Below are positions 31,806 to 32,000 of a DNA stretch of 32,000 nt, in pieces. Source of the stretch: Blochmannia endosymbiont of Camponotus nipponensis (GTDB lineage Bacteria > Pseudomonadota > Gammaproteobacteria > Enterobacterales > Enterobacteriaceae); contig NZ_CP046534.1 of the NCBI RefSeq assembly GCF_009827135.1, forward strand, positions 60,001 through 92,000, read 5' to 3'. Every line of letters starts with the position of its first letter. Within the stretch, counting starts at the first letter, position 1. The notes under the pieces were generated by a model that worked only from the letters and a program-made list of their open reading frames with translations, ran no database searches and was not told the origin of the DNA. The position numbers were made by a program, and so were the translations under genes.

Positions 31806-32000
31806 ATGAAAGATATTGTGAAAAAATTTTTACAATTAGAGCTGTGGAATTCATTAGATATACAATTCTCTAATGTATTAACTCTACCTATTTCTGAAAA
31901 TAATCGATATAAAAAAAAAGAAGCATTAATTTTAGCTAGTGCAACCTTAAGTGCTAATGTTAGATCTGGTCATGTTTGTTTACCGTTATGTTTACTTACT
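31806..32000 (+). CDS. recD: Exodeoxyribonuclease V alpha subunit, 5' fragment (runs off the window)
   Basis: My own translation from the ATG at 31806 gives MKDIVKKFLQLELWNSLDIQFSNVL...SANVRSGHVCLPLCLL. This aligns to the E. coli RecD N-terminus (..LRPLDVQFAL...GEGHVCLPLSRL). It is open to the window end and lies downstream of recB. Confidence 0.8.
   Translation, partial: MKDIVKKFLQLELWNSLDIQFSNVLTLPISENNRYKKKEALILASATLSANVRSGHVCLPLCLLT

Noticed and set aside
1-32000. Whole-window scan for CRISPR repeats, IS or transposase genes, integrases, phage genes, toxin-antitoxin or restriction/defence genes, tRNA or rRNA, and GC-rich structured ncRNAs in the spacers
   Set aside because: None was found. 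Every ORF over 120 aa is a recognisable core housekeeping gene. Every spacer is under 380 bp, almost pure A/T, and lacks repeated units. The suggestion of a novel system in this window is not supported by what I can see.

Overview
This window is very AT-rich and gene-dense, about 90% coding by eye. Every long ORF is a clear ortholog of an Enterobacterales housekeeping gene. It looks like a piece of a reduced obligate insect-endosymbiont genome, perhaps Blochmannia-, Baumannia- or Wigglesworthia-like. That lineage call is inference only; I cannot run a search.

The core (6090-25560, minus strand) matches the E. coli 4-min block in the same order: rpsB-tsf-pyrH-frr-dxr-uppS-cdsA-rseP-bamA-skp-lpxD-fabZ-lpxA-lpxB-rnhB-dnaE-accA. 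Flanking it are map and dapD (glnD is missing between them), tilS, proS and gmhB (the E. coli genes that lie between them are missing), accC on the left, and recB plus the 5' end of recD on the right.

I see no rRNA, tRNA, CRISPR array, IS or transposon, phage gene or defence-type gene, and no unexplained long ORF. I therefore do not find a previously undescribed system here.

The observations most worth a second look:
- gmhB is split by a +1 frameshift in a 7-nt homopolymer, although both halves are well conserved.
- The long AT-only spacers coincide with synteny breakpoints and gene losses (glnD, ldcC/yaeR and others).
- TilS is enlarged to 510 aa.
- A 10-bp perfect stem-loop sits directly after rpsB.
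- The rpsB 5' region may be an S2 autoregulatory leader.
- In-frame 9-10 nt poly(A) tracts occur in lpxB, recB and other genes.

Several starts in the ORF track are over-extended. I corrected lpxA, rpsB, map, dapD and possibly frr by alignment to the E. coli N-termini as I remember them.
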